Shown one piece after another: positions 1 through 59,000 of a DNA stretch of 64,000 nucleotides. The notes under the pieces were generated by a model that was not told the DNA's origin, made no database searches, and saw nothing but the letters and a program-made list of their open reading frames with translations. How positions within the stretch are numbered: position 1 is the stretch's first letter; the number at the start of each line of letters is the position of its first letter. A program made the translations under genes and the position numbers. This DNA is from Bugula neritina (Eukaryota; Animalia; Bryozoa): the NCBI GenBank assembly GCA_964035545.1, contig OZ037768.1:9642741-9706740 (forward strand). Direction: 5' to 3'.

Positions 1-45160
<45,160 letters not shown>

Positions 45161-45167
45161 CTTGGTT

Positions 45168-45186
45168 GTTGATATAGTTACCATGC
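45168..45186. promoter_or_regulatory. Imperfect X-box / RFX half-sites at P1
   Basis: GTTGATATAGTTAC overlapping GTTACCATG immediately upstream of the P1 ATG. Confidence 0.4.
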
Positions 45187-46278
45187 GGTATAAGCGCTTG
45201 AACGTGGTTTTAAAAACAAATTATTTTAACATTTAGATTACGGCTAATTAGTTTTATAATTTTATTATCATTTATAAATATTTAACGTAAAACTGTAAAC
45301 TTGCAACGTTTTGTTGCTAATTCAAAGCTAAGTCTCTTTTTATGTGTTATTTATGTTAGCGCATGAATTTGTGCGTACAAAAGCCTGCATAGCACAGTAG
45401 ACAACACTCATAATATTTTGTAAAATAGAAAAGATAACTCTATATTTCAATATGCTATTTTAATTGGATCTTTGTGAACTAGAATTACTATGCATCTTTT
45501 TATGCCAATTATGTGCTATCGGATTCATCCTATAACAATAAGCTAGTATATACTAATTATTTTACAATATTAGGGATTTAAAAAATGCTCATTAATCATT
45601 TTAATTGTTATGTGTCATGAACACATATGTGAAGTATGAGTTATATTATCAACTTCTGCCCTAATATTATTCTCACTGCTAATTATAAAACACAAGTAAG
45701 CTACAGAGCTCTTCTACAGTATAATAATTCTACAGTCCTTAACTCTCATATTAAGATCTCTATAGTAGAACTCATAAAGTAACAGAACTACTTCAGAACA
45801 AAGTTATGAACTTCAGAGGCTACAAGACTCAAATTCCACTTAGCTGGCAGGTTTATTGTAATTTATTATATTGATCTACAATTTGCAATCTGTTTAGAAA
45901 GTCATCAATAACTAGTATCAGTTCTGTAGTGCCTCAGATACTGTACATATAATGGCATAGTCAGTCATATCAGCAAGTGAGCTAGCATCCCGGTTTAATT
46001 CAAGACATATATGTACAAAATTCATTACAAAACCCATATGCTTGTATTTATATATATGTATCTGATAAGCAAGAGCCTTAATATATGTGAACAATTTAAT
46101 ACTTGTTAAGAGGATCTTTATAAAAAAAATTTTTCAATATGCTCCAATATATTTACGTATAACCAATTTTTTACTTGAACGGCCGACATATGACATACAT
46201 TCAATATAATTAATTATGTAGCAGCTAGTAGCAGCATTGAAGGGACAAACAGTCTGTGTAGTAATGAGTTTACCCAGT

Positions 46279-46350
46279 GGTCCCGTGGTGTAATGGTTAG
46301 CACACTTGCTTGCAAGCCAGAGGTCTCGGATTCGAATCCCAGTGGAGGCA
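46279..46350 (+). pseudogene. tRNA-like sequence (pseudo-tRNA or head of a different SINE)
   Basis: GGTCCCGTGGTGTAATGGTTAGCAC (tRNA-Gln-like 5' half) and GATTCGAATCCC, but the anticodon arm and acceptor stem do not pair properly. Confidence 0.7.
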
Positions 46351-49300
46351 ATTACTTTTCAGTCTGGGATGACAAACAGATGAGCTGATAGATTAAACAT
46401 TTAATTAATTTACAGTGATTTCTATGTGGAAAGTTTGTTCTTTAAGACTAATATATGTACAGAAGAATTGCTTAGCCTAGTCATAACCATTTACTCAAGA
46501 ATCTTATAGTGCAGCTACTGAGAGTCAACTTACTAAGAACTTGAAATTAGATGCTTGCAAATTTAATCTATTCCATGAGTGTTCCCAATTATTTGCAAAA
46601 CAAATTATTTCATCATAGCACAAACCAACTGCAAAACTGCAAACCCCCTCCCCAAACAATAATGTATCCATGAGTAATACGCAATGCAGCTCAGATTTCT
46701 TATACAGATAGCTGCAACATAATATTTTGCTTGCCTAAAGTTGTTTTATGCTAATACATATTTTAATCTATCTTTTGATAATATGTGTTGCTTGTTGGTT
46801 ATTTATACAGTGTGTTAAGATGAATAATTTTTTGCTATTTTAAGAAATACCTTTAAAACATTTCACAGCACCCAATTATAGTTTAAAATTTTTTTATTTT
46901 GTTGTGTCTTGTTATAAGTATCTTATTCAAAATATGTATTTTCAGACTTGCTAGAGCCACAGACAGTTTTACTGTTGCTAATTGCTGTTCAACACCAATG
47001 CCTAAGACATACATGGTGCATGCAGGTCTACGTAGCTAAATGCAGGTCTACATCACTTTCAAATTAACCTGTTTTTTCTTCAAACAGATCAAAATGGTGA
47101 AACTTCAATGCAACAATATTTGGTATTTTAAAATTTGTAATATAAGCATCACCATAAATAAAATATGTAGAGTATTTGTAATCCTAAGCCAAAGATAGGT
47201 TTTCAGGTTTGAGCAGACTATATGCCAATTGCAATTATAGAAATTCTTATAAACATGGGCTCTTAATTCTAGATTCTAAAGTCCAAAAATTAGAACTAAA
47301 TTTTGTGCTGTTTTTGATAGGGTGCAAAAGCATGAATTTGCCTACTATTAGGAGTTGTGACAAAAGTTGAGTCGGAATTACCAAAATTTACCGAGTTTCG
47401 ACTCGGAGGCTTCCATCCAATCAACGGACGATAATAATAAAATGATTATTGTTGTTGCTAATAATATTTAGCAGGAACTTCCAGTGTTGTAGTAGTTCAC
47501 TAAAAATACATTTCCGTAGTAATATTTGTTATATAGATCAAAGCCACTCCTTACACAGCTTCCAATAAATATAATTCTTGGTATAAATTTGTTATTTTAA
47601 GGTTATAACGATTACATTAATATGATAATGATAATAATATACTTTATTAAATCGCGTGAAATAGACCCACTATATTTATTATTTTATGATTAATAATTAT
47701 TAACAATAATTGTAATCATAATACTAATACTAATACTAATAGTAATAGTAATAGTATTATACTTATAGTAGTACTAGTAGACAATAAGTGAGTGAATACT
47801 CATAGATTAATTAATACTAATAATATCAATTATAATTATAATAAACTTGAAGTTAAAGATCAAGATAGTTGATGATCATAAATTAAATTATTGTTGGTGC
47901 TAATTTACTCAATATTAGAGTACAAGCAGTACTAGAAGAAGTACCACTTGATAAGTCGGCGTAAAGCCAAAGGTTATACCAATATTTTGATTTACAGATT
48001 CACTTTAAGTACATTTAATTTAAGTCTTTTGTCACTCTTTTGAAATTAAAGTTAGTAACTTCCCCTTACTGTAATTTTCAGCCTGTATTCTACCATATAA
48101 ATTTCTTTGTCTCAAACTAATAATGATGGTCTTAGCCTCTGTCTTCTGTGTGGAGTAGAACCAAACTGTAACTGTAAGCATCAAACAGTAAAACTAAATG
48201 TTAAACTTAGTGTGATGGTTTTGACTATGAGTATGAGTATGACTGTGCCAAGGACTGTGAGCACAGTGTATTGTTATGATAAATAATTATAAGAAAAAGG
48301 AAACTATCAGTTTGTCCCTGTAGGAGTATGACTATGAGTATCAGTATTCCACTATTTATGTTACTGTAAATATAATTTACTTATAATAATATTAAAAGTT
48401 ATAATAATACTGTAGTAATTTTATGTTGCAATTAGAATGTAGGTTATAAAATTACTGGGGATTCACAGGAAGCTGATGCTACACCCAGAACATAAGTGCT
48501 CTTTGCCAAAAAAGGATGAGAGAGAAGACAAGTTTCCCAGTTAGATAGACTTTATTGTAGATCTGCCTATTATAGAGTCCAGGTCTGACTCTTTACACTA
48601 GAGTAGTAACTAACACTATGATTACAACAGCGCATGTAATTAGGGAGAGTAATGTCACTGTGTGCAGCTCCGGTCCAACTCACTCCCCTGAGGCATTCCA
48701 CCTCCTTTATATATGTGTGGAATGCCTCGTTCTGAAATGAGCGACCAAAAACTCGATCGAAATCCGAATCGAAGAATTCGGACGTTTGAATTGACATTCG
48801 GGTGTCTCAATTAGGATTTATGTCGAGGAGCTCATCATGCCATACAGGTTACGTAATGCCATTTACAAGTTAACACAAAGAAAAGTAAAACTGTGTGTGC
48901 GAACAAAAAAAGTTAAAGAAATTCTAGACATGCCTGTGCAGGGGCCTAATACATGAGTTGCCCAATGCCTACAAGTGTGATTTGTTGATGTGCATGACCA
49001 AAATCTACTACAATATTTATATTTATAAATATACCAAGTCTAACCATAATGACAAATCATTAGACTTGGTCTAATGTATTAACTAAATAATAATTATTAT
49101 TATAATTGTTCGCTTAATTTTAATTATATTTATTCATTGTTATAACAGTAATTGAAAGTAATTGCCATTTCACTTTCTCATTTGTCTTTCGCTCTTTAAA
49201 TTTCAATTTGAGTTTATAATTAATTTTAAAGTTTAAAGCTTTATTAATAATGTTATTTTATTTGGTAAATAATTTGAAGATGCTATTGCAGCGATATTAA

Positions 49301-50053
49301 AATTATGGCTATTGTCACTAAACTATGGTTGTTTGAGGTTATACTCGATTGAAATTTTGATAGGCTGAAGGCTATAGCATAATTATTTGTTGGAGAATCA
49401 TTTATATAGTATGTTGTAGTGCTACTAATGTAGATATTTTAATCTGCAATAAATATTCTAAACTTCATGTTAGCAAATCTGGATCAGCTGTTTTACCATA
49501 CTCACTATCACGCTGTGATGTGGGACTCATAATCTGTGAGGTTAACTTGAAGTGTTAGTGTAATAAATTTTACTAGTTGTAGCATTTAAATTTAGACTAG
49601 TATATTTGGAAGATTTGCAATTCTGCACCTACCTCTCTCAATTTCAGATTCGTCGCCAATATTATCACTTGTTGGTATTACCATAATAATTAGTGTGCTG
49701 GTATTGCACTTTATATAAGCTAAGAGTTCATTTAATTCAAAACATCAACTTTTTGTCTATTATAAATGGAACTTAAATAAAAAGGATGAAAAAAGAAAAA
49801 CATTATTACAAGAGTTACTCAAATTATTATTTCAAGTCTGATAACTACACTAACACTCACACTATTAAATGACTATTAGTTTGCTCAGATCTTGCATAGG
49901 AAAATATTGTCTTTTTATTTTTTGACCATCATTTTTACTACTATTAATTAAATTTCTCTATTATGTAATTTAGTTGAAAAACGTGTGGTTATGACATATA
50001 TAGTCAGTTTCTTGTTTGCTGCTTTGTTTAGGCTTACAGATAGAACTACCAAA

Positions 50054-53000
50054 ATGGAAATGCATCAACTGTATGATGAAGATTTGTTGGAAAACAAATT
50101 TTTTCAACAGTTTTGCGATATGTGCTCTTCACTTTTCCATGCGGCTGTTGAAAATGAATGGATGGTGAGTTGTCAACATTTCTAAATAGTTTATTATAGA
50201 TTTCACAATGGTTTTCCATCACTTTTTGAAAAAAGAATTGTCCAAGTCTCATTGCATTATTAAGTAAATAGATTTTAGGTAAAAGTGGCACTGGTAAAAA
50301 CGGCACAGGTAATAATGGCACCAATAATAATGGCACAAATGGAAAAGTAGGAAAAAATAGCGCACTGATGTTAAATTTTCCCAAACCCCGAAATCAAACC
50401 CCCAAACCTAAACCCCCAACCCCCACCCCAAACCTTAATATTGAAAGTGTGCCATTTTTATTTACTTTGCCATTTGTGCCATTATTACCTGTGCCATTAT
50501 TACTATGCCATTTTTACCTGTGTCATGTTTACTGGACACCAAGTAAATTATGTAAGATGTTGCTGTATTTATTCTAGATTTGTGTTCCCAAAGTTGGCAC
50601 CTTTGAAGATCACACGCTGACTGAATTAGATTGTATGAGTCATGTGTTAATAGAAGTAGACACTGATCAGTACAGGACTGCCAGTGATAAGGTAATTCAA
50701 TATGCTATTATAATTTAATCAGTTTATTGTTTAACAATTTTGACATTTATTATTGCATACTTGATAGCTGTCTGAACTATGATAAGCAGTCTCTTAAACA
50801 ATTTTTGGCTAACTTTATTGCTGTGTCCTATTAAGTCAATATATGTTCACGTACTCACCTTTATTGTTGTAATATTTTTGGTTCTGACAATAAATTGGTT
50901 ATTTTCTATAATCGAACTGTTCAACTTGCGTTGTGTGTGTTTTCAAACTATGCCCCTGTGTTATTCCTTTTGGCTTAATTTTTCAACAGTGCTTGCTGCC
51001 TCTACCCAAGATTAGAAAGATAGACACTTTTTAGGCTACTAGTAAATATTTTGTAGCACGTTAGCATCAAAGAAAAGGTGATCACACTCGGTGAAGGCTT
51101 TGAAAACACAATACAGGTATGCTACTAGAAAATTGCTACTGGGACACAATTTTACATGCTTTTCTTGTAAAGCAGGTCTTCAGGCTACAAATCAAAAAAG
51201 CCTGGCTGTGTTGATGTCTATTCAACTTATCTTATAACTAATAATTAATATGCTTATTTTATTGCCTCTGAGAATGCTGGAAAATTTGGATATATTTTTC
51301 ATTTTAAAAGTCATATTGTTCTTTCTTTAAAAATGCAATTTAAACAGGCTATTACCAGTACATATTTGACTGCAAAGGTTTTTTGGAAAATTCGACCTTT
51401 GCTTCATATATATACAATTCAGAAGTTCACAGTAACAGTGCACAAATATTTTCAATAGTAAAAAGCAAACTTGTGAAATACTGTTCCTGGAGATTCCTGT
51501 ATGCTTCGGTTTCTTGACTGCTAAAATCACAAAAGACAGTATAGTAGAGTTGAAAGTTTCAGAGTTTTCTTTTCAATTCTCACACACATGATCATCAACA
51601 GTTTTAACCTACCCATTCATCGAGAATTTTTATATGCATCTTGCTCTTATAGAAAATGTCATTACAGAGTTCTATGAAAGTGTACACAGAGATAAATGTA
51701 TTGCAGGTACAAATGTTATTTTCTGAAACATTCTATACCGATTCCCAAAAAAAGTACCAGGTCTGGTGTGTGGACAAACCACTCAGCTTCGAGTGCTCCA
51801 CTCCACTTTCTCTTCAACAATTGCAATCGGCAACCGAGTTTCGAGTTTTGACTGTAGAGGATTCGATAGATTTGCTGTTCACAGGTAAAATGTTGATGGA
51901 AAATAGAAGCTACAATTCATAGACATGGAGTAAATAAAAACTACAATCTAAATGTTGCTTCTTATATAAATAGAAATAATGTTTTTGAAATGTGATTCTG
52001 TATTTTGTAACTACATGGACCATTAGATACCTTTTGTTCTGAAAATAACTTCATGCAGGCTGTATTTCATAATGATATCCTTGCTTCAAAATAGCTCTAT
52101 TTTTAATAAAACTTTTGATATGAAATGTTTAGTTTTGTAAACGGTAATTCTTGTAATAATGTTTGTATATGCTGTTTAACAGGACAAAACTGTTCATTGA
52201 AAAAGACTATTGATAAAATGATTTCTACTCATAAACCTGCGTTGAGTTTCTCAGACAAAAGGACACAGAGTCTCCGGGATCAAATTGACACAATGCACAG
52301 TCTCTTCACAAAATGTCTGCAAGCTGCCTCTAAGGACAGTCAGTTGGTAAATCAAAATCATTTACTTATGGTACACCATAAATACTGCAGCCGGGTAGTA
52401 AATGAGTAAATTGGTGAAATATGAAACACAATTAGTTGGGAGTACATTGCTTTATGTGGGTGTAAATGAGAAAATATAACACACTTTTTGGCGGTATTTG
52501 GAAGTTTTAAAATGGAGATTTGAAGAGAGCAATATCACAGGTTGTAGCTTATTTAAATCTTCATTTAAAACAGGTCAGACTTATAGACTTATAGTAATTT
52601 CACTTTACTTTCTTGTGTAGAAGATTGTATTTATTAATCGTTCTAATTTAGCTTAAAATTTTAATATTTCAAGTACTGCTGTGTATATTTCTGTCTGTTT
52701 ACATATTATACTCATTTTCTTGGAATTTTCTAGAAAAGAAGAATGAGTTTGAACAAGCACATTGCTGATAACTTGCGTGTTTCAGTTGAGGTGAGTTAAG
52801 GTAATGGGGTTCTAGCTGTTTTGTTATAAAAGCATGTTGAAAGTCAAATGTAGCTGTTGACATTGTGAGACAGGCCAGTAGGACTTAAGACTGTGTTGAA
52901 GTACTGGCACAACATGTTGAAGTAGTTCTGTAAGCACTAATTTTATCTTTTCTCATGTTGACAAGCTGGCGACTTTTCGATAATTTATTGCTAGTGTTTA

Positions 53001-56000
53001 ACTTAGGTCACTCCCAACAGCTAACTTGACACAGCTTGGACCAGTCGTTTAGTGAAATTATTGATGGAATTTTTCAGAGAAATTTTATCACTTTTTACAC
53101 ACAAGATGTTTGGGTAACAAAGTGTTTCAACTTTACTTCCATCACATTTTAAAGCTCAAACAGTTTTTAACAGCTAAAGCTAATCAGATCAGCATTATTA
53201 TAAAGTTGTAATTGAATGTTATTTCAGACGTATATAAACAATAAACTGTTTGCGGATCTCTTCAAGTATATCTGTACTGCTGTGGCTAGTGAAGATGCTA
53301 AACTGAACAAGATCAACAGAAACCTCTCTCAAATACAACTCAAAGATTTGGGAATTGTATCAGAATTCAGGTGACTGAGTATACATACAGTATCCTAAGG
53401 ATGTAGTTGTAGTTAGTAGTTCAAGATGTATTCTGTATAATGTATATATGCTATAGTGTGTGCATATCATTAGCATCTACATAATGCCATGCTTTAATGA
53501 AGCTAGTAGTAGTAGTAGTACCTTATTTACTAAAGCCTAGAAAATCATTCTTTTATACTGCACATACAAAGTTAATATTACTTTACGTTTATTTTATACC
53601 ATATGAATAAAAGTTGTTGAAATGATTTTTTTCTCTATTTCAGATGTTACTTTCATACAACTCGTTAAATAAAGTTTGGCAGAGTTGTATTAGTGGTTTC
53701 ATTTCTTACCATATTCTAAGTATTGTAACCTAATATTATGCTCATATGTGTGACTGATAGGAACAGGGAATAAAATGAATTTACTAACAAGTACTTGCTG
53801 CAATATGTATCATATTTTTTTCAATGCTGATAATGTAAGTGCAAGTATCAATAGCCAAAAGCATTAGAACTCAAATTACACATGCTCTATATTATAATGT
53901 AGGCCAAGTGTTGTTTGTGGTATTGTAACGGGCATGCTGATGGTATAAATAAACATTGTTACCTGCAAAAAATAATTATGTAGTTTGAATTTGTGATAGA
54001 GTTGATAGTAGCCTTTTACATTGATTAAGAATGCAAAAGAGAAGAAATTATTTGGTCACTATTTTCATCATGCTGTTTCATGTACCACAATTGTGATGAT
54101 TCTAAGAAGGTGTTCATATTTATCACGTTAGGTCTAACGTACCCAAGGCACGCCGAGAACTTCTCGAATTTGTTTCTCAACGTACGCCAATTGCCAAAAT
54201 GATTTCCGTGAAGAAGATCATCACAGCTTTGATGCAAAGTCCTAGGAATGCTCAAGGTGAATAAATGTTATACAATATATACATGAATATAAGAAGTACA
54301 TGTAACATTTCAAATTATAAGAAAATAAAAGTGCAAGCAGAGGCTGAGAGTAGTCTGAATTGAGTTATGGTACATGTACCACCTTGCTCATTGAACTCAG
54401 TTCGCCTGTCAGAAATACTTCCAACTGAAGGTTGCTTAGGCATCAACAACCTCCACCAAGGAGGTTGCATCGTTTGCCATTGGACAACCCAAGTAGTTTT
54501 CTGGTTAGCCCATACTAATAACTGCACTCTCCATCTCGTGAGATTGAAGACTACCTCAGACCTTCCCAGGGATAGACTGTCAAGTCAACACCTAGAAGCA
54601 AGCATTCAACCTCTGCCTTTCTGAAGCAAATTTTTATTCTAATATATATCCACAGTACATAATAATAAATCAGCTAGTGTGAATAATTTTAAAAGTTTTG
54701 GATATTGTATTATATTGGTGTGTAATTAATTTTTTGCACCATCCCTGTGTATATCAACTGATAGTCAAATATGCACCACCAACTACAGTTTAAACTACAA
54801 TTATTAGTGATAAATAGTAGTTTGCGATATTAAGGGGAGATAACTCCATATTTTTAGAACTTGAGCCTCTTACAGCTGATGATTTGATTCCGATGTTGGT
54901 GTTTCTTATTGTGCAATCTTCAATTCCAAATTGGTAAGTATTTTCTGTCAGTCAAATAACAAGTGAATTATCATTGTATTTTTATATATAATATGTTTAT
55001 CTCAAAATAATTGTTTCCTATATAATGTAACTGTCCTTCAGTATGTATAAGTATTAATGTCAAAGGATGTTATTTTTCATTTTGTTAACTATTCTTAAAA
55101 GCTACTGGTCTATATCCAATGGTTTGAGTCCTATGTAGTTATTTATTTTTAGGTCAGCGAATTTTGAGTATATGACACAGTTTCACTTTTCTAAATCATA
55201 CACAGATGAATACTCCTTCTACTTGTCCACTTTGGAAGCGGCTATTTTTTTTATCAAATCAGGAGAGTTAAATAAGCTCTTGTCTGCGGATAGCTCGAAG
55301 GTAAAACTTCTACGGGTAGCACATCATCAATGTATAGCTTAAAATTTGGGTGCAGTAGTTTTGTTATTGCTTGTCTCTCATTTTACACTTTTGAATGTCT
55401 GGATATGGCCAGGAAGAATATATTTCTTTTAGAAATGATGTACTTAATAATTAAAGCATTCAATAGACTGGGATTTAAAGCTGAAAGTAGAATATCGGGG
55501 GCTGTTTACTTGTTTCTTTTTAGTTAGTGACTTGTGTGATATTTTATGATGCTTCGGCTATGTTTATGATACTCAATTTTAATTGGATAGACGACTCCAA
55601 ACTCGTGCTTGAAACTCTAATCAAACTGTTAATTAAATGCAGTTGTGCGTTTCTGACAAAGATACACTAGTCAACATTTCTTCAACCATATAGGTTTTTC
55701 CGCTACAATTAGCTGTTACAATATTTCGATTAGTTATACTTACAGTTTGCATAAGTATGGGAATAATATTCTTATTTAGAAGCCTATTATCTCCACCAGA
55801 GCTGGATCACCATATTCTAAAACATCCCAGATGGATATTCTATTTGAGGTTAGTAAATAATCCCAGCTCATTTAAATATAATGAATGCATTAAGTTTGTG
55901 AATGGTGAGTATCATAGCTGGTTGATTCAGCTGTAAGCATATTTTTGTACACTTAGCACGGATATTTCATGTTCAGTTAGAGATTAGACAGTTTTTATTT

Positions 56001-59000
56001 GGACTAGTTGATGAACTAAACTATTACATATATTACATTAAGTGTAGCTTACATATGTAATAATTTATGTTTATGTGTTCTTGTACTTGAAACTTACTTT
56101 TGCTGAAACGTATTCATGAGATGTACTATACCTGTAAACATATATAAGTAGTTTACATGTCTCCAGGATATTCCTGTAGAGTGATTTACTGACTATGTGT
56201 TATAGCACATAAGGTGTGGCGACGTAGATCAGGTGCGTAATGTATTGGAGCAAGTAGACGAAGCAGAGGCAGAGAGAGTTAGTAAATGTCACCCACTGTG
56301 TTCCTGTGATCTGTGTGAAAAAGGGGGAGGTGACGAGGACTCCCCTCACCGAGCTCATGTTACTGTGTTCTCTAGAGATGATAGAGGCTACACTGGTATG
56401 TTTGATTTTTCTAACTCACATGCTCTGCCCAATATTTGTATGCATGTGGCCAAGAACATATTAATTATCAACGGTTCTGTAACAGTTTTGCTACTTCTTA
56501 CTTGGGCTTATAAAATTGCAAAAATGTCGCATTTAATAAGCAAGCGCTTTGAATAAATACATACCTTGAAAATTCAATGTTTGATTTAAACCTACTCTGT
56601 TTGGTTGTGACAGCGATGCACCAGGCTGCTCTATACGGACAGGCTGAGGTGATAGAGTTCCTGAAGAGTTGTGGAGGAGTAGTCAGTGCTACAGACTATC
56701 ACAGCTCTACTCCATTACACGTGTCATGTCAGAAGGGTCATCAGAGTGCTGTCGTACGTAGCAGCAGCGGCAGCATGCTTGCCAATGTTTATATATTTGT
56801 GTTTAGACACTGTTTTATATGAATATATATTTTTGCCAACTTTTTACTGTACTTCTATCTTCTGTATTTCGTGTGGCATTTAAAGCTAAGTTATGAAAAG
56901 TTACACACATGGCTTAACAAAATTTTATATGCTTTGTGCATCATACAATGTTGTGTATACAATAGGTTTTATTGCATTACGTAAACATTGGTTATATTAT
57001 ATTATATATGTTATATGCTACACACAATCTAATGCAGATGATACTAATTGACTGTGGGGCTGACGTAAATGCTGCTGACAATGATGGTAACAGACCTTTA
57101 CACATGGCAACGCTCAACGGCCATGAAGATGTTAGTGCATAGAATTTCACTATTTTTTTCTGTGTGCCTTTATCAAAGCCGCAACTAAATACTTTTAATT
57201 ATTTTATTGTAACAAGTCTTTCCAATGCCTAACTGTGCAATTTATTTGTGCTTGTTTGTTTTCATTAATAATTTGTTGTTTATATTTTATCAGTAAATAA
57301 TTTTTATTCTCAAAATTCCCTTGATCTCTATTGCAGTGTGTCAAAGCTCTCATATATCAATCACTGCCAAATACTCTAGATATCAATGTGGCTAATGAGC
57401 GAGGTGACACAGCCCTACATATTGCTGCAAAGTGGAGTTACGGTATGTTGAAATGTAGTCATTTTTAAAGTATGTCGGCTTTTTTATCACAAAGAAGCCT
57501 GAAAGATTCCAACCAGCATCTTGCACACTGATATATTCTATAATACATGAATCTCCAGAAAGACATTGTGTACACATATTCAACACATTTACCCTCCTAT
57601 ATTATGGAAGTTTTTCAGCTAGGCAGGTTAGAAGAATCTCAAGCTTTGTAATTATATGAAAAAGAATGTAAGAGAGAAACTTTAAAAATTCTTATATACT
57701 GGAGGATCTAATTATGCAAAGTTTGAAACATTGGAAATATTGTGGGTAAAAAGCATGTGTAATAGCAACTTTAATAGCAAACCGCTTCAATGTGATTTTT
57801 AAACTGTACCTGTGTATATCAACTGGTAGTCAAACATATGCTAACCATCGTTGTAACAACAGTTATGTGTGTTAATTAGTAGTTTGGGATGTTAAAGGGA
57901 GATAACTCCATATGTTTTAAGCTTGAGCCTCTTGCACCTTACAGCTTAACTCATCATTGATTTGTTTAAAAATGTATGAAATCTTAATTAGCTCATTATT
58001 TGTGGATCAGTTAAACCTTGTTCTACAATATAAACCATACCTTTATTCGGTAAGTTTTTTCTTTTTTTCAGCACAACATAGTATGTTTTTAAACAGCAAG
58101 TTTTATATCTTGGTTCATTACACTTTAACACCTAAAATTATTTTCTGGTTAATTTTATTGTTTCGCACTATAACTATCATCATTCTATTTCTCACAGCTT
58201 GTGGTTTCGTATTTTATAATTATATTACTCTATATATTTTAACTTCATTATATTATTCTTTTTGAAATTAAACAGAAGCAATAACAGACCTACTGCTGGA
58301 ACATGGGGCGTGGCCTGAAGCGCGTAACCGGAGGAATGCAACTCCCATGATGCTTGTATCTGACGGGGCGATTGCTCAGCTCCTAACTAATGCTATTAAA
58401 ATGTCTCAACAACGAGCTAATGATGGTTTCATTGACGTATCTCAGGTGAAACCTGTTTGTTGAAACATGATTTAACAAATAATAGAAAGATTATAATGAC
58501 ATGGATAATCTTGTAGACTATAATTATATGGATAATATTTAAAGTGTATTTCATGTGATAATTTCTCACGTGTTAGATGCATTCAGCGACTCCCCCAGTC
58601 TATGAACCACCCGAGACTCAGTCTCTAAGTGTAAAACCCGCTGCCGCATCTCAAAGTAAAGTCAGCAAGAAAGTGCAGAAGTTTCTTCGTGCAGTTTCAG
58701 ATTCTGATGTCAATATGGTAAGTGATTTGATGTAAGAGTTAGAAAATGTAATGTGTAATATATTGCAGGGTTTTTTTTATTATTATGTACTTTATAATTA
58801 TAATTGCATAATTATAGTTTATACATGTGCTAGGTGCTTTTATTGTTGAAAAATTTTGTTTAAATTCCAAATAAATGACAGCAAAGTTCAAATTTTCCGC
58901 TGAGTTATATTTGTCATTTACTTAACGTTGTGTTTTCTGCATTTTTAAAAATAAATTTGATAATTTAAGGTATATGTGTATTACAGAAAGGAATCTTTTT

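Noticed and set aside
46279-46350. Functional tRNA gene
   Set aside because: Six-nt anticodon loop, mismatched anticodon and acceptor stems; treated as a pseudo-tRNA or SINE head.
50046-50577. Pro/Leu-rich ORFs 50046-50384 (minus) and 50368-50577 (plus)
   Set aside because: They arise from the 15-bp repeats of the foldback MITE.
57957-58265. Hydrophobic 102-aa ORF as a membrane protein
   Set aside because: T-rich intronic sequence of ANKRD27; the F/I/L bias is compositional.
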